Below, one piece after another: positions 8,715-17,853 of a DNA stretch of 64,000 nt (positions within the stretch are counted from its first letter, which is position 1; each line of letters starts with the position of its first letter). Origin of the DNA: an uncultured Candidatus Peribacteria bacterium (GTDB lineage Bacteria; Patescibacteriota; Gracilibacteria; UM-FILTER-43-11); the NCBI GenBank assembly GCA_964458485.1, contig CAYWJA010000003.1:30524-94523 (forward strand), read 5' to 3'. The notes beneath the pieces were generated by a model, which was not told the origin of the DNA, ran no database searches, and saw only the letters and a list, made by a program, of their open reading frames with translations. The translations under genes and the position numbers were made by a program.

Positions 8715-11700
8715 TTACTTATTTACTTTATTAAAAAGAACTGCAACGTCGATCATGTCGACATCTCCGTCACCGTCCATGTCCGCAGCCTGTTTTTGGG
8801 CTGCTGTAGCAGTTGGTAAATTACCTCCTGCAATCTGAAAAGCTATTAATGCGTCTATTGTTGTAATTTTTCCATCACCATCTACATCACCACTTGCCAC
8901 CTTACCTATATATATAGGCATTACAGCGCTTGTCACCTTTCCTGACTTATCAACTATTTGCAAAACTAATGTATAACTTCCATCCGCCATATTTGCATCA
9001 ACTGGAATTTGAACTGGAATTTCGTAAATTTTATAATACTTTGCAGTAGTTGTTGTACCTCCTCCAGAAGAAGGACTACTTGAAGATGAGCTGGAACTAC
9101 TTGAAGAACTGCTTGAACTTGAACTAGATGAACTTGAGCTACTTGAAGAACTGGATGTCCCACTAGTCGTTCCGCTACTCGCTGTTGTTACATTATTTAC
9201 ATGTGTAGTAGCTGTATACCAAACAGCGCTTTTATCATCTTTTATTGTCGGATAAGTTTTTTTCTCTGTTCTAACAATATAAGAATTGATCTGGTCAATG
9301 TCGGCAATTGTTTCCGGTGAAGTTACTTTTACACTCAATTTAACCTGCCCACCTTTCTCGGCAGGATTACTACCAATTCTTTTTATATAATCAATTATGG
9401 CTTTTGAAGACACCTCTACGGTTAATGTGTTAACACTATTAACCTTTGTCCCATCAGGCTTTGCTATCTGTACATATAAATTAGTAGTACCAGTTGTGTC
9501 GCCTTTTGCCAAAATGCCAGAAGTTAAATATTTGTTACTTAATTTGTTGGTAGGATTATATTTCCATGTAACGTCATTGAAATTTAATTCCTTCATGGAG
9601 CCATCTAGATATTTTCCAAGAATGCGCAATTTATAAGTTGAATTTGGATGCAATGCTAATTTGCTTTCTACAGCAGGGACAACTATCACCTCCCCGCTTG
9701 AGGTTGTAACATCCTCTAGAGAAATTGTGCTATCTGCAGGTGTTAATTTTAAAAGACCTGGTGTATTTGATACTTTTGTAACTTTAATAAATGGCTGACC
9801 ATTCAACTCACTCAGTGCATCGATTAATCCATCTTTTGTTGTAGCTTTGCCATCAGGATCATTTAATATAGCATTTATTTTGTCTTTTTCTGTTGTAGCT
9901 GTAGATGTGGAAGGTAGAGTAGGAATTATTTTTGTGGTACTTCCGATTGTTATTGTTGCACCTGCAGCCTTAGATGAATTAACCATAAGGTATGCACTTT
10001 TATATGCATTACTTTTATCCATTACATCTAATTTTGAGATTGTGTCTTTATGTAAGGTTAAAATAAGGCTCGACAAAGTACTGAATGCACTTTTTTCGCA
10101 TGCTAATTTTGTAGTTGTACTTTTAGATGACTTTCCGTAACCGTTTTTAGAATCACATACATCACATAATCCTGATGTGCCACCATATCCTGTATTGCAT
10201 TGACATTTTCCCGTTGTGGTGTTGTATTGCCCATATACACATTTTAGTAACGGAGCTTTTGCTTTTACCGTAACTAAACCTTGTCTAAAATTTATAGCAT
10301 TTTTTGTAGTTGCTGAGGCAGAAGTTGTATAATATGAATTTGACGTTGATTTTTCATCGGCGTCTATAAGAATCTTTGTACCATCTGCCAATCCAGACAA
10401 AATACTTGTTTGAATTCTAAACAATAAAGCATTATCAGCCACATTTTTAGCAACCGTAGGTTTAACCTTAAGAGTTATTGTATCTTTTCCGCTTAATGTA
10501 GTAGATAAAGTAGTAACTACTGTTTCTCCACTAAATATAGTATCTGGTGAATAATTATTAACAAAGGCATATTGACTCTGAGTAGCGGTCGAAACTGGCT
10601 TAAGTTTAATCTGCAGTTCTGTTAATCCTGTTATTGCCTGAGCTGCTTTCACATCTATATATCCTTTAGTGCCAGCCTCAGCTGTATAGTCTGCAGGGAT
10701 ATAAACATTACGCAATGGTGTAGATGTATCTGTGGAAACATTTTCTGTACCACCTTTAAATGTACTTGTGATTTTTGTGACGGGAGTAGCTGTCTTGGTT
10801 TTTAATGTACAAACTGAACTTTTTAATTCATAACCATCAAGACAAGTGGCACAATCCTTTTTCGGATCAAGATTGGAACCTGTAGCACAAGCAGTACATA
10901 CTGCTACACCCTTAGTAGCCTTACAAGTTCCTCCATTTTTCTTACATACATTAGATGTGGATGAACAAGGATCTGTAATACATTTATTAGAGGAATCTAA
11001 TACATAACCTGTACTACATTTACACTGACCTGTTGATGCATCACACGAGCTATTTGTATCACTACATGTAACTCCGTAACACTTATCTACAACACATGTT
11101 GGGTAGCCCTTAAAACCTGCACTACATTTGTCACATACGGTGGTTTTAGTGCCCGCATAACCAGTATTGCATGTACACTTGCCATCACTACAAGTGCCAT
11201 AACCACAGCTGATATTTTTACATGTGTCTATGGTTATTTGTCCTGATTTAAAACTTGGCGCACCTCCTATACCCCCAATCCCTAAATCAATATAAGACGA
11301 AGAAGATGCGGAGGTTGATATTTTTTTATTACGTATATATATAGTCTGTTTGTTTTTACTCTTATTGCTAACTGATACAAAAAGCTTAAACAATACATCA
11401 TTATCTTTGAACTCATATAATTTATTAAAAGGGCCAAATTCAACCGAATATTCGCCAATGCCAACATTAATTTTTTCACTTTCTTTTTCTAATTTTGCCC
11501 CTTTCTTATCAATCTTCCATATAGCATATTCGTCCGAAGAAATTATAAATGTCAATTTAAATGCTTTAACATTTTTTAAATTCCTTCCTGCTCTAACTTC
11601 CACATAATCAAAATCACCTGGTGCTGCAATATAATTTGGTATATAAAACATATCATCTATCTTTGATGTATCATTTGTGCCAAGTTGAAATTTATCGTAG

Positions 11701-12035
11701 CTACCAGTAGTTTTCCCAACAATTTGTGAGCCTCCTCTGGTTTGACTAGCTGTCGGATCTGTCGGTATAATTGGTGCAACACCTCTAGTATTTCTGGCAG
11801 CATCTATGGCTCTATCTTGCCCCTCTGCCGATTGTGGTCCACCAGCCCCCCCTTCCTCTTCCACTACGATTGCAGGAGCCCCTCTTCTACCTTCTCCAAT
11901 AGTTGCCTTAAACAAACTCGGATTCTTATAAGCCACAATGCTCAATGCAGTTACTACAACCACAACGAATACGGTTAGAATATTGCGCCATAGGTGGCTT
12001 GTTTTTTTGATTTCTGTTTGGTTTTCGTTTTCCAT
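8715..12035 (-). CDS. Giant surface protein (1106 aa): TM anchor, EGF-like Cys-rich region, cohesin-like modules, poly-Ser, C-terminal two-repeat dockerin
   Basis: TM ILTVFVVVVVTALSIVA followed by NPSLFKA. Cys-rich residues ~272-409 (CGYGTCSDGKCTCNTGYAG..QCKCSTGYVLD). 26-residue Ser run. C-terminus GDVDGDGKITTIDALIAF..ADMDGDGDVDMIDVAVLF matches the type-I dockerin duplicated Ca-binding pattern. Confidence 0.85.
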   Translation of the reverse strand: MENENQTEIKKTSHLWRNILTVFVVVVVTALSIVAYKNPSLFKATIGEGRRGAPAIVVEEEGGAGGPQSAEGQDRAIDAARNTRGVAPIIPTDPTASQTRGGSQIVGKTTGSYDKFQLGTNDTSKIDDMFYIPNYIAAPGDFDYVEVRAGRNLKNVKAFKLTFIISSDEYAIWKIDKKGAKLEKESEKINVGIGEYSVEFGPFNKLYEFKDNDVLFKLFVSVSNKSKNKQTIYIRNKKISTSASSSSYIDLGIGGIGGAPSFKSGQITIDTCKNISCGYGTCSDGKCTCNTGYAGTKTTVCDKCSAGFKGYPTCVVDKCYGVTCSDTNSSCDASTGQCKCSTGYVLDSSNKCITDPCSSTSNVCKKNGGTCKATKGVAVCTACATGSNLDPKKDCATCLDGYELKSSVCTLKTKTATPVTKITSTFKGGTENVSTDTSTPLRNVYIPADYTAEAGTKGYIDVKAAQAITGLTELQIKLKPVSTATQSQYAFVNNYSPDTIFSGETVVTTLSTTLSGKDTITLKVKPTVAKNVADNALLFRIQTSILSGLADGTKILIDADEKSTSNSYYTTSASATTKNAINFRQGLVTVKAKAPLLKCVYGQYNTTTGKCQCNTGYGGTSGLCDVCDSKNGYGKSSKSTTTKLACEKSAFSTLSSLILTLHKDTISKLDVMDKSNAYKSAYLMVNSSKAAGATITIGSTTKIIPTLPSTSTATTEKDKINAILNDPDGKATTKDGLIDALSELNGQPFIKVTKVSNTPGLLKLTPADSTISLEDVTTSSGEVIVVPAVESKLALHPNSTYKLRILGKYLDGSMKELNFNDVTWKYNPTNKLSNKYLTSGILAKGDTTGTTNLYVQIAKPDGTKVNSVNTLTVEVSSKAIIDYIKRIGSNPAEKGGQVKLSVKVTSPETIADIDQINSYIVRTEKKTYPTIKDDKSAVWYTATTHVNNVTTASSGTTSGTSSSSSSSSSSSSSSSSSSSSSSSSSSSPSSGGGTTTTAKYYKIYEIPVQIPVDANMADGSYTLVLQIVDKSGKVTSAVMPIYIGKVASGDVDGDGKITTIDALIAFQIAGGNLPTATAAQKQAADMDGDGDVDMIDVAVLFNKVNK

Positions 12036-12044
12036 TTTTTTTCT

Positions 12045-12108
12045 AGGAGTCAGGAGTCAGGAGTCAGAAATCAGTACTGATTTCTTATTCCTTATTCCTT
12101 ATTCCTTA
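12045..12108. repeat. Tandem-repeat-armed hairpin (AGGAGTC x3 / TTATTCC x3)
   Basis: AGGAGTCAGGAGTCAGGAGTCAGAAATCAGTACTGATTTCTTATTCCTTATTCCTTATTCCTTA. Pairing needs G-U wobbles. Confidence 0.75.
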
Positions 12109-13113
12109 AGTTAATAAGTTCATAGCTAAAAGGATTCCGAGGCTCATAGATAGGGATTCCTCTAGTAAATTAAAATTAATATGTCTTACAATCGGTAAAT
12201 GTTTCCATAATCGAGAAAAATATTGAAACCGATTTTTGTGTGGTTCTGACTCCTTTAACATTTGCATAAGTTCTTTGTGCACATGGCTCCTACTCCAATG
12301 ATTTGTATATTTTTCTATTAAGATGTAACGAACTGTGGAGAATGTAATTAATGTAATGAAGTAAAGAGAAAGTGCCACTGCAAAAATTCCTGCAAAGAAG
12401 TAAACTATCATTGATCCGGTTAATGCAAAAAACATTGCCGTAATTATTTGTGCAGGATTTATGTAATCTTCTTTTGTTTTAAAATAAATTTTTGTAAGAC
12501 TATGTATTAAATAAATAATACTTGCTGTAACTGGTATCCAGATACTAGTTGATTTTGAAAGCAGGCTAAAATTTAATATATTCCACGATCCGTAAAGCAT
12601 TTCTGGAACCTTAACCATTAGGTTTAATCCCCAGAATGTAAAAAAGAATAAAGCTATTTGAGCAACAACAAGTATTGCACCACGATGATGAATTCTTTCG
12701 TTAACATCATAAATTTTATGTAATTCATCTTCAGCTGCACCAACGCTAAGTTCACCTCGGTTAAAACGATCCACAAGCTTCTTGTGAAATAGATGAATCT
12801 TTTTTTGTTTAAACTGAATTCTCGCACTTGGATACAAAAGTATTAATTCAACTGCAATAGCAAGAACTACGATGGAAATTAATACACTTCCACCTGACAT
12901 TTGCATTAAGCTGTTAAACACGATTGAAAAAATCTTAGCAACTTCTGCTTTGAACCCAGTGTAAACCAAAGGACTGACCTGTGCGCCGGTTAGCACACTT
13001 TCTGTAGCACTGTTGTGCAATTCTACACCAGATGTATTGCCTTGCATAAAGGCCAGGTAAACACTTAGTGCAAATAGTGTTAGTGTTGCTGTTATTAAAC
13101 TTAATTTTTTCAT
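12106..13113 (-). CDS. Polytopic membrane protein, probably a divergent YidC/Oxa1-type insertase
   Basis: Signal/TM at the N-terminus. The pattern GSVLISIVVLAIAVELILLYPSARIQFKQKK..ELHKIYDVNERIHHRGAILVVAQIALFFFTFWGL resembles the YidC TM2, coiled hairpin and TM3 layout. About 5 TM segments. Assignment is by eye only. Confidence 0.45.
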   Translation of the reverse strand: MKKLSLITATLTLFALSVYLAFMQGNTSGVELHNSATESVLTGAQVSPLVYTGFKAEVAKIFSIVFNSLMQMSGGSVLISIVVLAIAVELILLYPSARIQFKQKKIHLFHKKLVDRFNRGELSVGAAEDELHKIYDVNERIHHRGAILVVAQIALFFFTFWGLNLMVKVPEMLYGSWNILNFSLLSKSTSIWIPVTASIIYLIHSLTKIYFKTKEDYINPAQIITAMFFALTGSMIVYFFAGIFAVALSLYFITLITFSTVRYILIEKYTNHWSRSHVHKELMQMLKESEPHKNRFQYFSRLWKHLPIVRHINFNLLEESLSMSLGILLAMNLLT

Positions 13114-13297
13114 TTTTATTTAATTTTTATTGCTCAATTACTCGATTTCTCAATTGCTCAATTTAAATCTCATAACAAATCAACAAATAAGGAAATCTTA
13201 ATATTATAGCAAATTTTCTTATAATGAGCAATTCCTTGGGGTTGACACGTTATTTGGTTTATTGCGCATAAAAAACTGAAAATCAGACTAGCGTAAA

Positions 13298-13326
13298 TTG
13301 ACACTTTTGCAGATTTTGTGTAAAAA
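13298..13326 (+). promoter_or_regulatory. Sigma70-like promoter candidate for the VirB6-like/pilin operon
   Basis: TTGACA, 17 nt, then TAAAAA. It would place MITE copy a in the 5' leader. Confidence 0.35.
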
Positions 13327-13407
13327 ATTTGTCAAGTTTGGTGTTTTTTCGTTAATCCTGGTTTGTAGTTGTGGTGAGTTTGTATGAAGACGGAGTGTAT
13401 TAACCCT

Positions 13408-13595
13408 GTTTGTCATCCCGCACTTGATGCGGGATCCAGATAATGAAGTGATGGTTATTTTACTAATACACTAATTATCCTATTTACTGATATTGCGAAA
13501 ATATTCGCATATTCAGATTGTCTGATTATAAGTAAATAAGTGATAATATAATTCATTAATCATATGGATCCCCAGTCAAGCTGAGGATGACAAAC
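13408..13595. mobile_element. MITE-like element, copy a (188 bp)
   Basis: Left end GTTTGTCATCCCGCACTTGATGCGGGATCC. Right end GGATCCCCAGTCAAGCTGAGGATGACAAAC. AT-rich core homologous to copy e. Confidence 0.8.
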
Positions 13596-13622
13596 GGTAG
13601 CAATATCATTCATACCATTAAG

Positions 13623-13643
13623 TCCGGGATGACAAATAGTGAA
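13623..13643. mobile_element. Solo right-end fragment of the MITE-like family
   Basis: TCCGGGATGACAAATAGTGAA shares GGGATGACAAATAGTGAA with the right end of copy c (18714-18734). Confidence 0.5.
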
Positions 13644-13737
13644 GCGATACTCCATTCAAAATAGGATGAAAATTATAGAGACAAATTTGCTTTTCCTCCC
13701 TGTTCATGCTATAATAAAGGGATATATTTGTATCTAT

Positions 13738-16341
13738 ATGCAAAGTAAAACAAAAAACATATTTAAAAAAATTGCGTTTTCACTGCTTTTTGCGGGAATA
13801 TTATGTATTCCAAATTTTGTAATGGCTGCTAGTGATCCTGGTGTTAAAAAATTAACAATTACACCAGATAAGCCAGGGCCTGGAGAATCAACAACCTTTG
13901 TGGCTACTTATGCAAACGAAGGCAATGCAAAATCCGGCAAGGTTGAACTGACAATCGATTACAATGAAAATATTTTTGAAAAAATTTCATTAAATGATTC
14001 AAAAAATTGTATCGACACAAAATTTACTGTTTATTGTACATTCGACAAATTACCCGCAAATTATACAAATACCATTAGCTTCAAGGCATCCGTAAAGTCA
14101 GCCGTAATAGTTGGTACTAAGTCTTTAGCAATTGCGCGAATAGATGATGTAAATAATCCAAATGACAATATCAAAAATAATTCCGCAAGTGCCACAACTA
14201 CTATTGCCCCAATGTCCAGCGGGAAAATATCTCAGGCGGGTCTCCCGGCGGCACTTGGATTAACAAAAAGTGTTAAATTAGAAAAGCCTTCTAAAAATCA
14301 GGGAGTTGCTGTTTTTGATGTAACAAATAATAAAAACTGGAAAACAAGCGGTCTTTTTACAACCGGTTTAAAGTTTATGATACGGGGTAAGGAAGCTTTG
14401 GCATGGACACTGGGTATTAGTGACGGTGGTTTTCATAATCCTGCGATAAAAAGCAGTTATTTAAAAGTTCTTACAATTGTTAATAGCTTGTTTATAATCG
14501 GACTTCTTGCGATCGCTGGCATGTGGATGTTTAGTATTTTGATTCCGAGAGCGTATTTAAAGCGAGTCGTATTAATTTATGGAATGGCTGTAATTTTTGT
14601 GAATTTCGCACTGCCGATGAATCAGCTTTTGATAGATACAACAAATCTTCTGCAAAAGACATTTATGGATGGTGTAAAGATTACAAATATTGTGGAAATT
14701 CCGAGTTATAACGATAAAAAAGCTGTTGGTTATCAGAATGAAACTGGTTTTCTTAAAAAAGCGGATACCAGCAAGCTTACATTCAATTTGAGTGATCCTA
14801 AAGTTGCGGCAAGTAGTACGTCGACAAAATCGACAGTAGCCGGTGCAGGTGCAAAAACTAAAACTACTACACCCACAATTACTGTCAAACCGACTAGTAT
14901 TAGTGTTGGGAAAATTACCCAGGATCCTTCAAAAACAAGTTTTATCGGTAATATAAAAAGTTCTAAAACAGCTGAGACAATTTCTTTATCTACTTATGGT
15001 AATGACCCGGAAATTAAATTAAACGCCAGCCAGAATGTTGAACTTATCAATTCAAATAAATTTAACCCAGACCAGGAACATTCAATTTTTGCTTTTGTAA
15101 TGATGATTCTTACGAGCCTTGCCTACTTTGGAATGGCATTAGTTCTAATATTACGGATCGTGATCTTATGGGCACTAATGATTGTATCTCCGGCACTATT
15201 CCTTCTAATAATCTTCCGTGCAACCCGTAGTTATTTTGTAAATTGGCTTGGGCTTTATGCAAGATGGTTACTAATTGGCCCACTAATGGCACTTGGAATT
15301 GCGGTTGTTGTGAACATATGGAAAACAACAGGACTGCCTATCACTAGTTCATATTCCGGAGGGCAGTTTGGTGTGTTTACTAATATCGGATTCTTTTTGC
15401 CTGGCAAAGATACAGCTAATACACTGAGTACAACGGGGCAAATGATGGAATATATTTTGTTTTTGATAATGCTATATCTGCCGATAATATTTGCATTTAT
15501 GCTAACCAGGCAAAAAACATGGGCTGGAGCACTTTCTACTATTATTAATAAAAAAGGTGCTGTGCAAAAGCCAATGGAGGATCCAATGGGAGGATCCAAT
15601 GGGAGGATCCAATCGGGGCAAGAAGGTAAAGAAGAATCTAAAGCTACATCTTTCACTCAAGATATTAAAGGATTTTTGAATGATAAATTTACAAAAACCA
15701 CTGCAACAGCAATACCTGGTAATATGAGAGGTGGTGATGTTACATCAGGTACCATTGCTACAGGAGAATCCAAACCTAAGATAGAAAATGCTGGACATTT
15801 TTTACCGGAAAATTTAGAAAAATCTGATATGAAGAGTATGGTTAATCTTGCATCAGGTGATAAAGGATCTCGCAATTCACATCAAAAAGCTATTGAAAAG
15901 TTAGCAAAGCCACAAAGTATTATAGACCCACAGGAAAGAAAAAAGGTTAGTGCGGTCAAAGAGGAAATTGGCAAACGTGCAGAACAAGGTGATGTGGAGG
16001 CTATACGTGTAATGGGGGAAATTAGTCAAGCTGAACAAAGTCCAGTAGGTGGATCCAATCGGGAATCCGTTGGGGACCCAGTTGGGGTAAGTACCGAAAT
16101 TGTAAAAGAAAAGGAGATAATTAAGGAAGAAAAACCCGAAAAAGATACGGCACAAACGTCAGGTGGTGCCGTAGGGGACGCACATGTGCGTCCTGATGAT
16201 ATGAAAAAAATAAATAAACCAAATGATGATGAAGATTCTGACGAAGATGCTGTAGATCCGCAACACGATGCGGATACAGATAAGGAGGACGAAGATGAAT
16301 CTGATGAGATAAAAGAGGAAAGGAAAAGTCGTCGCAAGTAG
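13738..16341 (+). CDS. Polytopic membrane protein, VirB6/TrbL-like candidate, with N-terminal beta-sandwich domain and long acidic C-terminal tail
   Basis: The ORF track starts at GTG 13639, inside a MITE fragment. ATG 13738 gives a normal signal peptide (MQSKTKNIFKKIAFSLLFAGILCIPNFVMAAS). About 6 further TM helices. It sits directly upstream of three pilin-module genes. The tail contains repeat-derived segments. Confidence 0.6.
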   Translation: MQSKTKNIFKKIAFSLLFAGILCIPNFVMAASDPGVKKLTITPDKPGPGESTTFVATYANEGNAKSGKVELTIDYNENIFEKISLNDSKNCIDTKFTVYCTFDKLPANYTNTISFKASVKSAVIVGTKSLAIARIDDVNNPNDNIKNNSASATTTIAPMSSGKISQAGLPAALGLTKSVKLEKPSKNQGVAVFDVTNNKNWKTSGLFTTGLKFMIRGKEALAWTLGISDGGFHNPAIKSSYLKVLTIVNSLFIIGLLAIAGMWMFSILIPRAYLKRVVLIYGMAVIFVNFALPMNQLLIDTTNLLQKTFMDGVKITNIVEIPSYNDKKAVGYQNETGFLKKADTSKLTFNLSDPKVAASSTSTKSTVAGAGAKTKTTTPTITVKPTSISVGKITQDPSKTSFIGNIKSSKTAETISLSTYGNDPEIKLNASQNVELINSNKFNPDQEHSIFAFVMMILTSLAYFGMALVLILRIVILWALMIVSPALFLLIIFRATRSYFVNWLGLYARWLLIGPLMALGIAVVVNIWKTTGLPITSSYSGGQFGVFTNIGFFLPGKDTANTLSTTGQMMEYILFLIMLYLPIIFAFMLTRQKTWAGALSTIINKKGAVQKPMEDPMGGSNGRIQSGQEGKEESKATSFTQDIKGFLNDKFTKTTATAIPGNMRGGDVTSGTIATGESKPKIENAGHFLPENLEKSDMKSMVNLASGDKGSRNSHQKAIEKLAKPQSIIDPQERKKVSAVKEEIGKRAEQGDVEAIRVMGEISQAEQSPVGGSNRESVGDPVGVSTEIVKEKEIIKEEKPEKDTAQTSGGAVGDAHVRPDDMKKINKPNDDEDSDEDAVDPQHDADTDKEDEDESDEIKEERKSRRK
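15571..15618. repeat. GGATCCAAT-type repeat arm inside the VirB6-like CDS
   Basis: CCAATGGAGGATCCAATGGGAGGATCCAATGGGAGGATCCAATCGGGG, translated PMEDPMGGSNGRIQSG. Confidence 0.8.
16042..16088. repeat. Second GGATCCAAT-type repeat arm inside the VirB6-like CDS (same orientation)
   Basis: CCAGTAGGTGGATCCAATCGGGAATCCGTTGGGGACCCAGTTGGGG, translated PVGGSNRESVGDPVG. Confidence 0.75.
16171..16193. repeat. GTAGGGGACGCA-CATG-TGCGTCC palindrome, in frame in the VirB6-like CDS
   Basis: Variant of the GGACGCAGATCTGCGTCC family with a CATG centre. Encodes VGDAHVRP. Confidence 0.8.
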
Positions 16342-16360
16342 CCTTATTTCGCATTTACAC

Positions 16361-16470
16361 TTTGTCATCCCGGACTTGCCTGCCCCGCCATAGGCGTGGG
16401 ATCCGGGATCCACCGATTGCGGGCAAACCATGGATCCTGATCCCGATAAAATCGGGACAGGATGACAAAA
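16361..16470. mobile_element. MITE-like element, short copy b (110 bp)
   Basis: TTTGTCATCCCGGACTTGCC...CCCGATAAAATCGGGACAGGATGACAAAA with three internal GGATCC sites. Lies between the VirB6-like stop and the first pilin start. Confidence 0.75.
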
Positions 16471-16477
16471 AACAAAA

Positions 16478-17143
16478 ATGATAAAAGCAATATTCAAAAA
16501 ATCACTGAGCATTGTAATACTTGCAGGACTTCTATTAAGTCCGGTAATGGCTTATACAGCAGGTTCGACAACAGGTGGCACTGTTATTAAAAATGCAACA
16601 ACAGCAAGTGGCACTGCAACAACAGCAAAAAAGGCTGTGGTAACTAAAACTCAGACTGCGTTGGGAGAAGTATCGAATTTTGGTGAATTAATTTCATTGA
16701 TTTGGAATTATGGTTCACAAATTATTATTGCATTTTCTGTTTTCTTTATAATCCTCGGAGCCTTGTTCTATATAACATCTGCGGGGAATGAAGAAAAAAT
16801 CAATCAGGGCAAACAAATGGTATTCGGATCACTTATTGCTGTTATAATTGTGATGTTTTCCGGAGTTTTAATGCGTACTTTGCATAAAACATCTCAAGGC
16901 ACCACCGGGAATTTAACCGATGTGCCAACTGTAATTAATAATGCCACTAATATATTGGTTGGGTTCGTGGCGGCATTCTCGGTTTTAATGTTTATTTACG
17001 CTGGCATTAATTATATGCTTGCCCGCGGTGATGCAGATAAAATTAATAAAGCACATCGGGCTTTACGATACGCAGTACTTGGGCTTATTATTGGAGTACT
17101 TGCTTACGGAATAGTAAATTCTGTAATCGCCTATCTTATTTAG
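16478..17143 (+). CDS. Protein with two tandem VirB2/TrbC-like (T4SS pilin) modules
   Basis: Signal peptide, then two copies of TM helix + loop + TM helix: ..FFIILGALFYITSAGNEEKINQGKQMVFGSLIAVIIV.. and ..FSVLMFIYAGINYMLARGDADKINKAHRALRYAVLGLIIGVL.. Confidence 0.7.
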   Translation: MIKAIFKKSLSIVILAGLLLSPVMAYTAGSTTGGTVIKNATTASGTATTAKKAVVTKTQTALGEVSNFGELISLIWNYGSQIIIAFSVFFIILGALFYITSAGNEEKINQGKQMVFGSLIAVIIVMFSGVLMRTLHKTSQGTTGNLTDVPTVINNATNILVGFVAAFSVLMFIYAGINYMLARGDADKINKAHRALRYAVLGLIIGVLAYGIVNSVIAYLI

Positions 17144-17217
17144 TTTTTATTTTTTAATTTTTAATTTTTATTGAACTACTAATTAGTTAGCCAAATAAAA
17201 ACTAAAAACTAAAAATT
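17142..17217. repeat. AT-rich tandem-repeat-armed hairpin between pilin genes
   Basis: AGTTTTTATTTTTTAATTTTTAATTTTTATT..CTAATTAG..AATAAAAACTAAAAACTAAAAATT. Confidence 0.7.
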
Positions 17218-17535
17218 ATGAGTAAATTAATCCCCTGTTCAGACGGTACAATGGCTGACCCCTCAATTGGCTGCGTAAGCGCGCCAAGTAGTGTGGTGAA
17301 TCCGGATTCAAGTGCGGTTGAGCTTATATTAAAAATTTCCGGAATTCTTATGACAGTCGCTGCTGCAATTGCGGTTATGTTACTAATTTATGGAGGCATT
17401 ATTTATGCAATGGCCGCAGGTGAGGAAGAAAAAATTAAAAAAGCAAAACGTACTATGATTTGGAGTGTAATTGGTTTAGTGGTAGCGATTCTTGCGAAAT
17501 ATGGAGTGGAATATATTTTGGGGGCTATTGTATGA
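17218..17535 (+). CDS. VirB2/TrbC-like T4SS pilin (105 aa)
   Basis: C-terminal module VAAAIAVMLLIYGGIIYAMAAGEEEKIKKAKRTMIWSVIGLVVAIL has the same pattern as the neighbouring genes. Confidence 0.7.
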   Translation: MSKLIPCSDGTMADPSIGCVSAPSSVVNPDSSAVELILKISGILMTVAAAIAVMLLIYGGIIYAMAAGEEEKIKKAKRTMIWSVIGLVVAILAKYGVEYILGAIV

Positions 17536-17565
17536 GAAGCTGTTTTGACTTATGGATAGGTTTAT

Positions 17566-17720
17566 ATTTCTGATTTCTGATTTTTGATTTCAGATTCGAT
17601 TTAGTATTTAGTATTTTTACATTTACTATCTGATTATTTAATTAATATGGTTAGTAAATGATAAATATCAGAATCCTAAATCTAGATTCGAATCTGAAAT
17701 CTGAGTTCTGAAATCTGAGA
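17566..17720. repeat. ~155-bp imperfect palindrome (TCTGATTTC units)
   Basis: ATTTCTGATTTCTGATTTTTGATTTCAGATTCGA... ...TCGAATCTGAAATCTGAGTTCTGAAATCTGAGA. Confidence 0.8.
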
Positions 17721-17853
17721 TAATCATTTTTTAGCTATAAAACAATAAAATTATAAAACGTCTACAAAAAGTTATCATTTCCCCCTTGTGCTAAAAAATG
17801 ATTCTTGTATACTTTTTTTGAACAATAAACACTGAAATCAACACTTAATTATC

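Noticed and set aside
13639-13737. GTG start at 13639 for the VirB6-like gene.
   Set aside because: It lies in a MITE end fragment and precedes a non-signal-like peptide. ATG 13738 gives a canonical signal peptide. Some uncertainty remains.
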